From positions 11,993 to 75,992 of the forward strand of contig JBJOII010000011.1 of assembly GCA_046047235.1 (NCBI GenBank): a stretch of 64,000 nucleotides of DNA, in the 5' to 3' direction. A program made the translations under genes and the position numbers. The number at the start of each line of letters is the position of its first letter. Position 1 is the first letter of the stretch. Below the pieces are notes generated by a model. That model made no database searches, was not told the origin of the DNA, and worked only from the letters and a program-made list of their open reading frames with translations. The DNA is from Verrucomicrobiota bacterium (GTDB lineage: Bacteria; Verrucomicrobiota; Verrucomicrobiia; Limisphaerales; JAHDYP01). Of the stretch, positions 9,782-19,805 are shown in pieces.

Positions 9782-10551
9782 AACTCGCTCAAGTCTCCTT
9801 CGTTCATCTCAACCGTCAAAAACCGCTGCGCCAATGCATGCCCCCCGGACCGCACCTCCTCCGGAGTCCCCATCGCCAAAATCTCGCCCTGATGCAAAAA
9901 CGCCATCCGGTCCGCAATCCCAAACGCCAAATCCCGATCGTGCGTCACCACCAGTGACGTCACCCCCACCTGCTCCCGCAAACGCAATATCTGCTGCGCA
10001 ATCACTTTCGCCATCAACGGATCCAGTTCGCTCGTCGGCTCATCATACAAAATCAACTGCGGCTCTATCACCAGCGCCCGCGCAATCGCCACCCTCTTGC
10101 GCATCCCACCACTCAACTCCCCGGGAGAACGCCCCTCCTCCCCAGATAAACCCAACAACTCCAGCTTCTCCGTCACAATCCGCTGAATCTCTTCCCGCGA
10201 CTTCAACCGATGCTCACTCAAATATAAACCTACGTTCTCCGCCACAGTCAGCGAATTCAATAACGCTCCAGACTGAAACACCATCGCCGCCCGATACTCC
10301 CCCAAAACCCCCTCGTCCATGATCGATCGCCCATTCAGCAAAATCTCCCCCGCATCCGGACGCTCCAACCCAATCAAATGACGCAATAATACACTCTTCC
10401 CACTCCCGCTCGGCCCCATCACCACAAAAATCTCCCCAGGTCTCACCTCGAAATCCAACCCCTTCAATACCTCACGCCCACCCAATGCACGCCTCAACCC
10501 TCGAACCTGCAGTCCAATGCCACCACCCAATCTCTCGGCTTCCATGCTCAT
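9778..10551 (-). CDS. mlaF: ABC transporter ATP-binding protein, MlaF/Mkl family
   Basis: GPSGSGKS, VFQSGALLNSLTV, LSGGMRKRVAIARA, ILYDEPT, VVTHD; lies between mlaE and mlaD. Confidence 0.9.
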   Translation of the reverse strand: MSMEAERLGGGIGLQVRGLRRALGGREVLKGLDFEVRPGEIFVVMGPSGSGKSVLLRHLIGLERPDAGEILLNGRSIMDEGVLGEYRAAMVFQSGALLNSLTVAENVGLYLSEHRLKSREEIQRIVTEKLELLGLSGEEGRSPGELSGGMRKRVAIARALVIEPQLILYDEPTSELDPLMAKVIAQQILRLREQVGVTSLVVTHDRDLAFGIADRMAFLHQGEILAMGTPEEVRSGGHALAQRFLTVEMNEGDLSEL

Positions 10552-10555
10552 CTCT

Positions 10556-11299
10556 TCAGTCCACCAGCATCAACGCCCGCGTCATCACGTAGTCCAATAT
10601 CAAAATCAAAACGATCGAGTTCACCACCGCCTTCGTCACCGACCTCCCAATCCCCCTCGGCCCACCCATCGTGTGAAAACCCTGATGACACGAAATCACC
10701 CCAATCACCAACGCAAATACCCAGCTCTTCGTGATGCCATTCAGAATCGCCTCAAAATCCACATACCCTCCCAAATCCCCAAAAAACGTCGCAAAACTAA
10801 TCCCGATATCCCCATTGAAAACCGATACAAACGCACCCCCGGTCCACCCCACCAATACGGAAAACAAAGTCAAAATCGGCATCGCCACACAAATCGCCAC
10901 CACCCGCGGCAAAACCAAATAATGCACCGGATGGATGTTCATCGTCCTCAACGCGTCAATCTCCTGATACACCTGCATCGATCCAATCTCAGCCGCCATC
11001 GCCGACCCTATCCGTCCCGCAATCAGGATCGCCACCATCACCGGCGCCAACTCCTTGCTCATCGCAATACCCACCATCCGCCCGATATATCCCCCCAAAC
11101 CCCGCTCCGCCATAATCGGCCCCACCTGCAACGTAATCACCCCGCCAATGAACAACGACAACACACACGTCATCAGCAAACTCGCGTTGCCAATCTCAAA
11201 CAGCTGCTCAGCTACCTTGCGTCGATGCCGCCAAGCCAATGGCAGCGACCTCACAGATCGCCAAAACAAAACTACCAGCTCGCCAATGTCCTGAAACAT
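10556..11299 (-). CDS. mlaE: MlaE family ABC permease
   Basis: KELAPVMVAILIAGRIGSAMAAEIGSM..EIDAL, LVLPR, GGPRGIGRSVTKAVV. Start taken at ATG 11299 (uncertain). Confidence 0.9.
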   Translation of the reverse strand: MFQDIGELVVLFWRSVRSLPLAWRHRRKVAEQLFEIGNASLLMTCVLSLFIGGVITLQVGPIMAERGLGGYIGRMVGIAMSKELAPVMVAILIAGRIGSAMAAEIGSMQVYQEIDALRTMNIHPVHYLVLPRVVAICVAMPILTLFSVLVGWTGGAFVSVFNGDIGISFATFFGDLGGYVDFEAILNGITKSWVFALVIGVISCHQGFHTMGGPRGIGRSVTKAVVNSIVLILILDYVMTRALMLVD

Positions 11300-11303
11300 A
11301 ACG

Positions 11304-12788
11304 CTATGGATGATCCGCCCCACCCCCACCACTCAAAGGAATGTAAAAAATCTTCAAACGCTTCCCGGAACCCCCGGATTCATACTGAAATAAACCAAAT
11401 AAGAGCGAGGTTTTTGTCCGCTCCCGCCTCCGCTCCCGCCGATACAGATTCCACAGCACCGAAGTGCTGGACGCCCCCTCCCGGGTATTCTCTTCCCGCC
11501 GCCAAATGGACCACAACGGCGAATACACATGATCCACCGCATGGTTCAATGGAACGATCGGCTCCAATACCGCTAATGCCTGCCACCGCCGGTTCCCCTC
11601 ATGATCCTCCCTATACGCATACAACGGCCACAAATCCACCCGCCTCGCCACCGTCTGCCGCAACGTGTTCGTCTCCCGCACGTTCGAGTACAAAAAGAAC
11701 AGAATCCGCTCCCGCTCCCGCTCCAGCGGCGGCGCCGTCACTCTGTTCACCTTATACAACGGCCATAACAAAAATCCGCTCTGCACATTCTGGCTCACCG
11801 ACCGACTGTAAAACGGAAAAACCCGGTCCGTCGTCTCCCCCTCGCCCCGCGCAAAGACCAAAAACGGCCACGGCATCTGCCACTCCTTAAACCCGCGCTC
11901 TCGATCCTCAATCACACTGAAAAAGGGCCATAACCAAGTCCGGGAATCCTTCGCCGGCGATAAACTATAGCTATACCACGGTAGTAATACCCGGTGAGTC
12001 AGCTCGTTCGTCGTACCCAAACCCAAATCCTGACGGAAATAAAACGGCCACAACACAAATTGCTTGTCATGCCCCGGACTCACCTCCAACCCGCCATAGT
12101 CATTCGTATACGTCCAGGATGACTTGATCTCCTCCCCGTAAAATGGCCAAACCTGCCAACCCTCTACCCCACCCCCATCACGCACATGCACCAACGGAAA
12201 TGCATAGTTCCTCGTCCGAACGCCCTTCTTCTCCGTCTCCACATACGCCGGCCACATAACCCACTCCATGCTGTCCCGCTGCAACCGGTTCTTCAATCGT
12301 CCGTAAAACGGCAAAATCGCCGTGTAATTGTCCTCCGGCACCGGCGACCGCTGCATGAAAAACAAAGGAAAAATCGTATACCGCTTCGCTAAATCATCCT
12401 CCTGATCCTTGCCGCCCGCCACCGAATGCAGAAACATCAGCTTATACTTCGTCTCGTCCCCAGCCCTGTCCGCCGTAAAAAACGGATACAAAATGTCAAA
12501 CTCACTCGTGTCCAAAGTCCGATCCGCCGAATACCTCAGAAACGGAGAAAAGGCCCACCGCTCCCAGTCCCGACCCGACTCCGCAGAAAAGAACGGACCC
12601 GCAACCTCCCGACGCCACCCCTCCTCCAAAGTTAACTCGAAATCCTGAGCCAATGGACCCGCACTCAACAGTTCCGCCCCCATGACCCTCCCCCAGCCGA
12701 GAAGCAGCATTAATCCAAAGAAAAGGCCCCATTTGACCACGCCTGGCCTCGCTCCCCAATAATCCATTGACTTGCCGTCCGCAGACAT
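11304..12788 (-). CDS. Uncharacterised exported protein with many (W/F/L)P(F/L)(Y/F) beta-strand-like repeats; putative outer-membrane protein
   Basis: Signal-peptide-like N-terminus and more than 15 aromatic-Pro motifs (LYPFF, IFPLFF, MWPAY, VWPFY, LWPFY, LWPLY). Abuts both neighbours. Confidence 0.65.
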   Translation of the reverse strand: MSADGKSMDYWGARPGVVKWGLFFGLMLLLGWGRVMGAELLSAGPLAQDFELTLEEGWRREVAGPFFSAESGRDWERWAFSPFLRYSADRTLDTSEFDILYPFFTADRAGDETKYKLMFLHSVAGGKDQEDDLAKRYTIFPLFFMQRSPVPEDNYTAILPFYGRLKNRLQRDSMEWVMWPAYVETEKKGVRTRNYAFPLVHVRDGGGVEGWQVWPFYGEEIKSSWTYTNDYGGLEVSPGHDKQFVLWPFYFRQDLGLGTTNELTHRVLLPWYSYSLSPAKDSRTWLWPFFSVIEDRERGFKEWQMPWPFLVFARGEGETTDRVFPFYSRSVSQNVQSGFLLWPLYKVNRVTAPPLERERERILFFLYSNVRETNTLRQTVARRVDLWPLYAYREDHEGNRRWQALAVLEPIVPLNHAVDHVYSPLWSIWRREENTREGASSTSVLWNLYRRERRRERTKTSLLFGLFQYESGGSGKRLKIFYIPLSGGGGADHP

Positions 12789-15596
12789 TTAATTTTCCAA
12801 AGCAGTTGAGGTTTTAACCTCGGTTCCTCCCAACCCAGTGACGGGCTCCCGCCTTTGCCACTGGGTTTTTCCTTTCATAGTCCACCCCACTCCACCCAAA
12901 ACCTTCAGCATCGCCGGCAACACCATCAAAGCTGCAATCATGCACGTTGCCGTCCCCGTAGCCATCACAATTCCTAAACTTGCAATGCCCTGATGCTGCC
13001 CCAGCATCAAACTCCCAAAACCCGCAATCGTCGTCAGCGCAGAAACCAATACCGCCTTGCCCGTGCTCTTCGCCAATAAAGACGCACTCCCCTCCTCCGC
13101 ACAACGCGTCAACATGTGAATCCCACTCGTCACCCCAATCCCAATCACCAAAGGCAAGGTCATGATGTTCGCCGGATTAAACGGAATCCCCCACCACCCC
13201 ATGCACCCCGCCATCCATAACGTCCCCAAACCCACCGGCATCAACGCCAATACCACACAGATCACTGACCTGAAATAAACCAAAACCAGCAATGCAATCG
13301 CCCCCAACGCATACCACGCCGCCTCCACATAACTGTCCTTCAGTAAACTCGTATACTCCAGTAACTGCACCGGCGTCCCCGTAATCACCGGGCGCCCCGT
13401 CCCCCCAGGATCCAACGTCTCCCGTAACTCCCTCACAAACGCCTCCTGATACCCACGCTCCCAAACGTTATACTTCGGATAAACCTGCACCAAATGCCGA
13501 TCCCCACCGTGACTCACAAACCGACGCCTCAATACCAACGGCAAATCCTCCACCCGCATCCCCGAAGAATCATCCTGGTCCCTAATTGATCTCAACGTCA
13601 GCTCCACATCCCCCAGTAAAGCCCGCTGATACGACCCCAGCTTCGCAGCGTTTAACACCCTGGAACCCGATAACATCCTCTTCCGTAATACCCCAATCGA
13701 CTCCCTCAAAGCCGCCATCTCCCCCACCACCTCCTCATCCGCCCCCTCCTCGCGCGCATACTCCACCCCCAAACCCAAATACCCCTGTAATGACCACAAA
13801 ACCGCACTCAGCTCCGACAACCCCACCGGACCCGCATCCAATTCAGGAAAAGTCAGTGGCGACAACAACGCCTTGATCCTCCCAATCCTCTCCAGCTTCA
13901 CCGACGGATCCTCCGCCAAATAAATCGCCATCGAATCCGCCGTCGCCACAGTCTTCAAGTCACCCCCCTTCAACCTCTCCTCCAACCGCACCGCCTCCTC
14001 CAGCGAATCCGTCACCACCGCACAATACAAAACAGACTTCTCCGCCGTATCGATCAACTTCTTCTCCAAGACCACCGCCGGTAAATCCCGACTCTGCAAA
14101 TTCAACAGATTGTAGTCAAACGGCACCCCACGCGCCCCAACCCACGCCACTAAACTCACCCCCAACGCCACCCCCAAAACCGTCCACGGCCGCGATAGCC
14201 ATACCCGCTCCAACCTCGCCCTCCCACTCTCCTCAGGCACATGCTCGTGATCCAAAACATTCTGCCGCCCCCGCATCACCATCACCGGCAATAACGTCAT
14301 CATCGGCACTAAACAAATCACCAACCCCCCACCACAAATCACCCCCATCTCCTCACTCCCCCGAAAATTCGTCAAACCCATCGCAAAAAATGCCCCCGCC
14401 GTCGTTAAACAACCCGTGAATATCCCCCGCCCAGTATGCACCAATGCCTGCTCAATCGCCCCAGCCTCGCTCAAACCATGCCGCAACTCCTCCTCATACC
14501 GCGTCACCAAATGAACCCCGAAATCAATCGCCAACCCAATCAACATCGGCACAAACGTAATCGTCAGAATGTTCAAATGCCCCACGCTCAACGTCGCAAA
14601 GGCCATCGTATACGCCAACCCCACCACCAAACATACTGTCGCCTTCAACGGCCGACCTGACTCCCGATACCCGTAAATGAAAATCAAGGCCACCAGCATC
14701 AAAGACACCACCGCCGCCTTAGTCGTGTCACGCTGCGACTGCGCCATCTCGTCCATCTCCAAAACCGGCTCGCCCGTTATACTCGCATTCACCCCAGCCA
14801 CCTCCCGCCTCGTCTCCTCCACCAACTCCCGTAACCTCGCCACCGCCGCCCCCTTTACCTCACGCGCCACCGGCCGCGCCGTCACCACATACAAACGCCC
14901 CGAATCAAAAGTGATATACATCCGCTGCTCCGCCTCCGGCCCCGCCCCAAATAACGCCGTCACCCCAGGCGATGGCGGATTCCCCGGCCGATCCAATGCC
15001 ATCGTCGCCTCCTCAATAATCCGACGAAACGCCGGCAACGCCTTCACCATCTCCTCACCCCCCTCAGCCCCACGATCCCGAATCGCCGACCTGAACCGCT
15101 GGTTCACCAGCCGCATCATGGATGTCAGGTTCGTCGCCGAAGTAAACTGAACCAGAAATGGACTGAAATCCCTTAACGTCGACTCCAGCTGCTCCAACTC
15201 CTCCTCCGGAAAAAACAACAACGCCTTGTTCCCCAGCATCTTCACGTCCGTCTGATACATGACGTCCGTAAACAAATTCGTCTCCACCAATAACCGCCCC
15301 CCCAGCCGCTCAACAAACTGACGGTTCTTCTCCGGACTATCACTCTCCGCCACCGCCACCAATTCCTCCTCCGCCCGAAAATCACTCTTATACCGGATAA
15401 AATTCCGATGATACTCCTTGTCCGCCCCCACCAAATCATCCCGGTTCGTCGAAAACTGCAGAAAACCCGCCGTGTAAAGAATCGAACCAATAAACAGGAC
15501 AATCTGGGGATACACAAACCAGCGGGGCCGACGCACCAACGCACGCGCCAAACCCCGCAAAAAACTCACCGCAGCCTGCTCAAAACGGGACTGCAT
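12789..15596 (-). CDS. MMPL/RND family transporter, HpnN-like (hopanoid-associated)
   Basis: Two RND halves with ITGEPVL / ITGTPVQ, LIGLAIDFGVH, GCLTTAGAFF and SALTTIAGFGSL; about 12 TM segments. Confidence 0.8.
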   Translation of the reverse strand: MQSRFEQAAVSFLRGLARALVRRPRWFVYPQIVLFIGSILYTAGFLQFSTNRDDLVGADKEYHRNFIRYKSDFRAEEELVAVAESDSPEKNRQFVERLGGRLLVETNLFTDVMYQTDVKMLGNKALLFFPEEELEQLESTLRDFSPFLVQFTSATNLTSMMRLVNQRFRSAIRDRGAEGGEEMVKALPAFRRIIEEATMALDRPGNPPSPGVTALFGAGPEAEQRMYITFDSGRLYVVTARPVAREVKGAAVARLRELVEETRREVAGVNASITGEPVLEMDEMAQSQRDTTKAAVVSLMLVALIFIYGYRESGRPLKATVCLVVGLAYTMAFATLSVGHLNILTITFVPMLIGLAIDFGVHLVTRYEEELRHGLSEAGAIEQALVHTGRGIFTGCLTTAGAFFAMGLTNFRGSEEMGVICGGGLVICLVPMMTLLPVMVMRGRQNVLDHEHVPEESGRARLERVWLSRPWTVLGVALGVSLVAWVGARGVPFDYNLLNLQSRDLPAVVLEKKLIDTAEKSVLYCAVVTDSLEEAVRLEERLKGGDLKTVATADSMAIYLAEDPSVKLERIGRIKALLSPLTFPELDAGPVGLSELSAVLWSLQGYLGLGVEYAREEGADEEVVGEMAALRESIGVLRKRMLSGSRVLNAAKLGSYQRALLGDVELTLRSIRDQDDSSGMRVEDLPLVLRRRFVSHGGDRHLVQVYPKYNVWERGYQEAFVRELRETLDPGGTGRPVITGTPVQLLEYTSLLKDSYVEAAWYALGAIALLVLVYFRSVICVVLALMPVGLGTLWMAGCMGWWGIPFNPANIMTLPLVIGIGVTSGIHMLTRCAEEGSASLLAKSTGKAVLVSALTTIAGFGSLMLGQHQGIASLGIVMATGTATCMIAALMVLPAMLKVLGGVGWTMKGKTQWQRREPVTGLGGTEVKTSTALEN

Positions 15597-15616
15597 AAAT
15601 CACCCCAACCCCGACT

Positions 15617-16345
15617 TCATGCCTCAGGTAAATCCCCGTTCGAATACACCTCCCGCACATCATCATGCTCCTCCAGCAAATCAATCAACTTCCGCACCGC
15701 CGGAGCATCCGCCTCCGAAACCGGAGCCAGCAAAGTCGGCAACCACGTCACCTCCGCCCCCTCACACTCCAACCCCGCCTCCTCCACCCGCTTGTGCACC
15801 GCCTCAAATGCCGACGGATCCGTCAAAATCTCATACCCCTCCGGCTCCGCCTTGAAATCCTCCGCCCCCGCCTCCAAAGCCAGCTCCATCAACTGATCCT
15901 CCCCAGCCTTCTCCCGCGAAATAATCAGCTGACCCTTCCGCTCAAATAACCTCGCCACCGCACCCGACGTCGCCATGCTCCCACCCGTCTTCGTCAGGAT
16001 ATTCCGAATCTCCGCCGCCGTCCGGTTCCGGTTGTCCGTCGTCAACTCCACCATCAACGCCACCCCGCCCGGCGCGTAAATCTCATACGTCAAATCCTCA
16101 TACGTCGCAGCACCCCCCTCGCCCGTCGCTTTCTTGATCGCCCGATCCACGTTGTCCGAAGGCATGTTCGCACTCCGACACTTCAATAAAACCATCCGTA
16201 ACCGCGCGTTCATGTCCGGGTCACCCCCACCCTGCCGCGCCGCCACGGTAATCTCACGCGATAGCTTGGAAAAAATCCTCGCCCGCTTCGCATCAATCGC
16301 ACCCTTGAAGTGCTTTACCTTCGCCCACTTGCTGTGTCCTGCCAT
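15617..16345 (-). CDS. yebC: YebC/PmpR family protein
   Basis: [35 protein letters not shown]-terminal DDVREVYSN. Confidence 0.95.
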   Translation of the reverse strand: MAGHSKWAKVKHFKGAIDAKRARIFSKLSREITVAARQGGGDPDMNARLRMVLLKCRSANMPSDNVDRAIKKATGEGGAATYEDLTYEIYAPGGVALMVELTTDNRNRTAAEIRNILTKTGGSMATSGAVARLFERKGQLIISREKAGEDQLMELALEAGAEDFKAEPEGYEILTDPSAFEAVHKRVEEAGLECEGAEVTWLPTLLAPVSEADAPAVRKLIDLLEEHDDVREVYSNGDLPEA

Positions 16346-16461
16346 ATCGCTTCGCGCCGGATTACACACAAATCCCCCTCCCCAACAAAGCCCCATTTTT
16401 ATACCACCTCACACCCCGCTCACCACCATGCACTTAACCCCCCTCCCAAAACCGCGAATAT

Positions 16462-16490
16462 TTGACGCTAAACCCGTTTTCCCGCAATCT
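16462..16490 (+). promoter_or_regulatory. Putative promoter for aroC (very short leader)
   Basis: TTGACG-N17-CAATCT-N9-ATG(16500); the -10 box is weak. Confidence 0.3.
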
Positions 16491-16499
16491 CCGCCAGCC

Positions 16500-17582
16500 A
16501 TGGGCAATACTTTCGGCGAACTCTTTCGTATCACAACCTGGGGCGAATCCCACGGCGGCGGCGTCGGCGTCGTCATCGATGGCTGCCCCCCAGGCCTCGC
16601 CCTCTCAGAAACCGATGTCCAGCCCGACCTCGACCGACGCCGCCCAGGCCAGTCCTCCATCGTCACCCCACGCAAGGAAACCGATACCATCCAGATCCTC
16701 TCAGGCACCTTCGAAGGCCGAACCCTCGGAACCCCCATCTCCATGTGGGTCAAAAACCAGGACGCCCGCCCCGATGCCTACTCGGAAATGGCCCGCAAAT
16801 ACCGCCCCTCCCACGCCGATTACACCTACCAGGCCAAATTCGGAATCCGAAACTGGCAGGGCGGTGGCCGCACCAGCGCGCGCGAAACCATCGGCCGCGT
16901 CGCCGCAGGCGCCGTCGCTAAGAAACTGCTCAAGGAACTCTTCGGCGTCGAAGTCCTCGCCGCCGTCCAACAAGTCCAGAAAATCTCAACCACGATCAAC
17001 CCCGACCAACTCCGCGCCGAAGACGTCGAAGCCAATATCGTCCGCTGTCCCGACCCCAAAACAGCCGAAAAAATGATCCGCCTCATCGAACGGATGCGCC
17101 GTACCGGCAATACCGTCGGCGGTGTCGTCCTCGGCGTCGCACGTAATGTCCCCCCGGGCTGGGGTGAACCCGTTTTCGACCGACTCGAAGCCGACCTCGC
17201 CAAAGCCATGCTCAGCTTGCCCGCCTCCCGCGGCTTCGAAATCGGCTCCGGCTTCGATAGCGTCAAACTCACCGGCCTCGAACACAATGACCCCTTCCGC
17301 AATCAACGCGGCCGAATCCGCACCACCTCCAACCGCTCCGGCGGAATCCAAGGCGGCATCTCCAATGGCGAAACCATCTACTTCCGCGTCCCTTTCAAGC
17401 CCGTCGCCACGGTCATGCACCAGCAGCCCACCGTCGATACCCAAGGCCGGAACACCTCCCTCAAAGGCCGCGGACGCCATGACCCGTGCGTCCTCCCCAG
17501 AGCCGTCCCCATCGTCGAGGCCATGACCGCTCTCGTGCTCGTCGATCACGCCCTCCGCCAACGCGGCCAGTGCGGCACCTGA
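16500..17582 (+). CDS. aroC: Chorismate synthase
   Basis: [47 protein letters not shown]. Confidence 0.97.
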   Translation: MGNTFGELFRITTWGESHGGGVGVVIDGCPPGLALSETDVQPDLDRRRPGQSSIVTPRKETDTIQILSGTFEGRTLGTPISMWVKNQDARPDAYSEMARKYRPSHADYTYQAKFGIRNWQGGGRTSARETIGRVAAGAVAKKLLKELFGVEVLAAVQQVQKISTTINPDQLRAEDVEANIVRCPDPKTAEKMIRLIERMRRTGNTVGGVVLGVARNVPPGWGEPVFDRLEADLAKAMLSLPASRGFEIGSGFDSVKLTGLEHNDPFRNQRGRIRTTSNRSGGIQGGISNGETIYFRVPFKPVATVMHQQPTVDTQGRNTSLKGRGRHDPCVLPRAVPIVEAMTALVLVDHALRQRGQCGT

Positions 17583-17648
17583 ACGCGCCCCGCACCTGCT
17601 CCCTCCCTCTCTCCTTACCCTCGGCGCTACGCACTACACGCCTCGTCG

Positions 17649-19805
17649 TCAGAAGGGATACCCAATCGAAAAGTGCAGCGTGCCGTCCACATCCCCCGTC
17701 CGCCGCTTCACGTTGTGCCCATACTCCAGCCGCACCGGCCCCACCGGTGATCGATAGCGAATGCCCCCCCCCACAGTGACCACGTAGTCACCCGCCGGAT
17801 AGTCAGCAATCTCCCTCGCCATACCCGCCCCATCCGTAAACACCACCACCGACCATTGATGCGTCAATCGCTGCTCCAGCTCCAAATGACCAATCATCGT
17901 GCTCTCATCCCCCACTAGCTTGCCCTCAGCATCCCTCGACGCTGCCTCACCCTGGGTAAACCCTCGCACACTCGTCGCCCCCCCCAAAAAGAACCGACGG
18001 TTGAAAGGCAGATACTCAGAGACTTCCCCCGATACCAAAATCACCGAATGCGACAACCCTGAGTGGAACACCAACATCCTGCTCAACGGCACATGCCAGC
18101 TGCCCCCAACCTCAAACCGACCATACCTCGCACCCCCACCCAACCGCTCATCCGCATACTCTGCCGTCGCATAAACCCGATGCCCCCGCGTCGGATACAA
18201 CGGATTGTCACTCCTGTTCCGGTCAAACGTCAGCCCAAACGACGCCACATTCGCCCGCTGTAAGCCATACGCCGGGTTGAAATTATCATCCTCCGTCTCC
18301 AACCGCTCATAGCCATAGCGAATCCCGACATCCGCCAATAACTGCGGCACATATCGGCTATACCCAAGGCTCCCACCAAAATCCCGCCGCACAAAGGTCG
18401 TCTCCTCCCGACGCCGGTAATAGCCAATCGCCGTCAGGTCGCCCAGCGAATCAAAGACCTGCGGAATGGTATAACCATACTCCGCCTTCGTGCTCTTAAA
18501 GGACTGCACCGCCAACAACCGATGCCGATGGGCCAACCCAAACAAATCCACCTGCTCAAACTCCGCACCCGCACGCAATAACTCATAACTGCCATACCCC
18601 GCCAGCAGACTCAAACTCACCGGCTTCGTCTCCTCCACCTCAAAAGTCACCTCGCGTAATCCCGGCGTCTCCGTGTCCTCATACGCCACATCCACCCGGT
18701 CAAAGATGCCCAGCCGCAACATCTGAAACCTCGCCTCCTCCACCATCGCCGGATTTAAAGGATCCCCCTCGGCAAATCGAATCCTCCGCTCCACCACACT
18801 CTCCCGCGTCCGAAACAACCCCTCAGTCTTAACCCTGGCAACCCGTACCACCGGCCCCCGGTCAATCAATGCCGTCACCTCCAACCCCCGCTCCAAGACC
18901 CCCTCACTCCACGGCGCTACCCCCACCTCCACTTTCGCATCCGCATAACCCTCCACATACAACGGCGCCTTCAAGGCCCTCACCCACCTCTGCTCCCATA
19001 ACCTCGAATACGGCTCCCTCACCCCCCCAACCCGAACCACCGAAACCTCGTTCGTCATCACAACCCGAACCCGGACCACCGTTGCCTCCACCAAGTGCCG
19101 AGCCCCCTCCCACACCCGAACAACCACATCCACACGACCCGTCTCGTGATCCCGCTCCTCCGTCTCCACCTCCACTTCCGCATCCCCATAACCCAACCGC
19201 ACCAACTCCTCACGCAGATTGCTCAAGCCCCGACGCAACCTGGACTCACTGAAAACCCGCGTCCCCCGCTGACGAATAACAAAATCCTCAATCACAAAAT
19301 AGGACCTCGCCGATGACTCGCTCATCGCCGCCAAACCCTCGAAATCCAAACGATCAAAGGTATACATCACACCCTCATGAATCTGAAACGTTACCTCCCT
19401 CGCCTTCAAATCCGACGGAACCTCAAACCGCTCTGTCGAACTCACCTCACAGGGATAACGCCGCAATGTCCCGTCTCCCAGCCTCAACTCCACATCAATC
19501 CGCGGCCGCAAATACCCGTCCTGCTGCACGCTCGCCAATAACAATAACGCCGCATCCTCAACTGTACTCCCCCCCAAATAAGGATCCTTCGATTGCTCCG
19601 GCCGCAATACCCGCAGGTTCACCGCCAATCGACGGTTCCCCAACAGCCCATACCCCCTCACCCTCAGCTTCGCCGGTGACAACTCCTCCTTCACCCCATC
19701 CGCCCCCGAATCCAACTCCTCCGCGCCCATCCCCCAACCCACACATAACCCCAGCCACAACAACACCTGGAACCATCCCCACCCATTGAACAGTACCCGC
19801 CTCAT
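17649..19805 (-). CDS. tamA: Omp85/TamA (BamA/TamA family) outer-membrane protein
   Basis: POTRA-like repeats, FFLGGATSVRGF, GGGIRYRSPVGPVRLEYG, C-terminal FSIGYPF. ATGA overlap with the tamB stop. Confidence 0.85.
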   Translation of the reverse strand: MRRVLFNGWGWFQVLLWLGLCVGWGMGAEELDSGADGVKEELSPAKLRVRGYGLLGNRRLAVNLRVLRPEQSKDPYLGGSTVEDAALLLLASVQQDGYLRPRIDVELRLGDGTLRRYPCEVSSTERFEVPSDLKAREVTFQIHEGVMYTFDRLDFEGLAAMSESSARSYFVIEDFVIRQRGTRVFSESRLRRGLSNLREELVRLGYGDAEVEVETEERDHETGRVDVVVRVWEGARHLVEATVVRVRVVMTNEVSVVRVGGVREPYSRLWEQRWVRALKAPLYVEGYADAKVEVGVAPWSEGVLERGLEVTALIDRGPVVRVARVKTEGLFRTRESVVERRIRFAEGDPLNPAMVEEARFQMLRLGIFDRVDVAYEDTETPGLREVTFEVEETKPVSLSLLAGYGSYELLRAGAEFEQVDLFGLAHRHRLLAVQSFKSTKAEYGYTIPQVFDSLGDLTAIGYYRRREETTFVRRDFGGSLGYSRYVPQLLADVGIRYGYERLETEDDNFNPAYGLQRANVASFGLTFDRNRSDNPLYPTRGHRVYATAEYADERLGGGARYGRFEVGGSWHVPLSRMLVFHSGLSHSVILVSGEVSEYLPFNRRFFLGGATSVRGFTQGEAASRDAEGKLVGDESTMIGHLELEQRLTHQWSVVVFTDGAGMAREIADYPAGDYVVTVGGGIRYRSPVGPVRLEYGHNVKRRTGDVDGTLHFSIGYPF

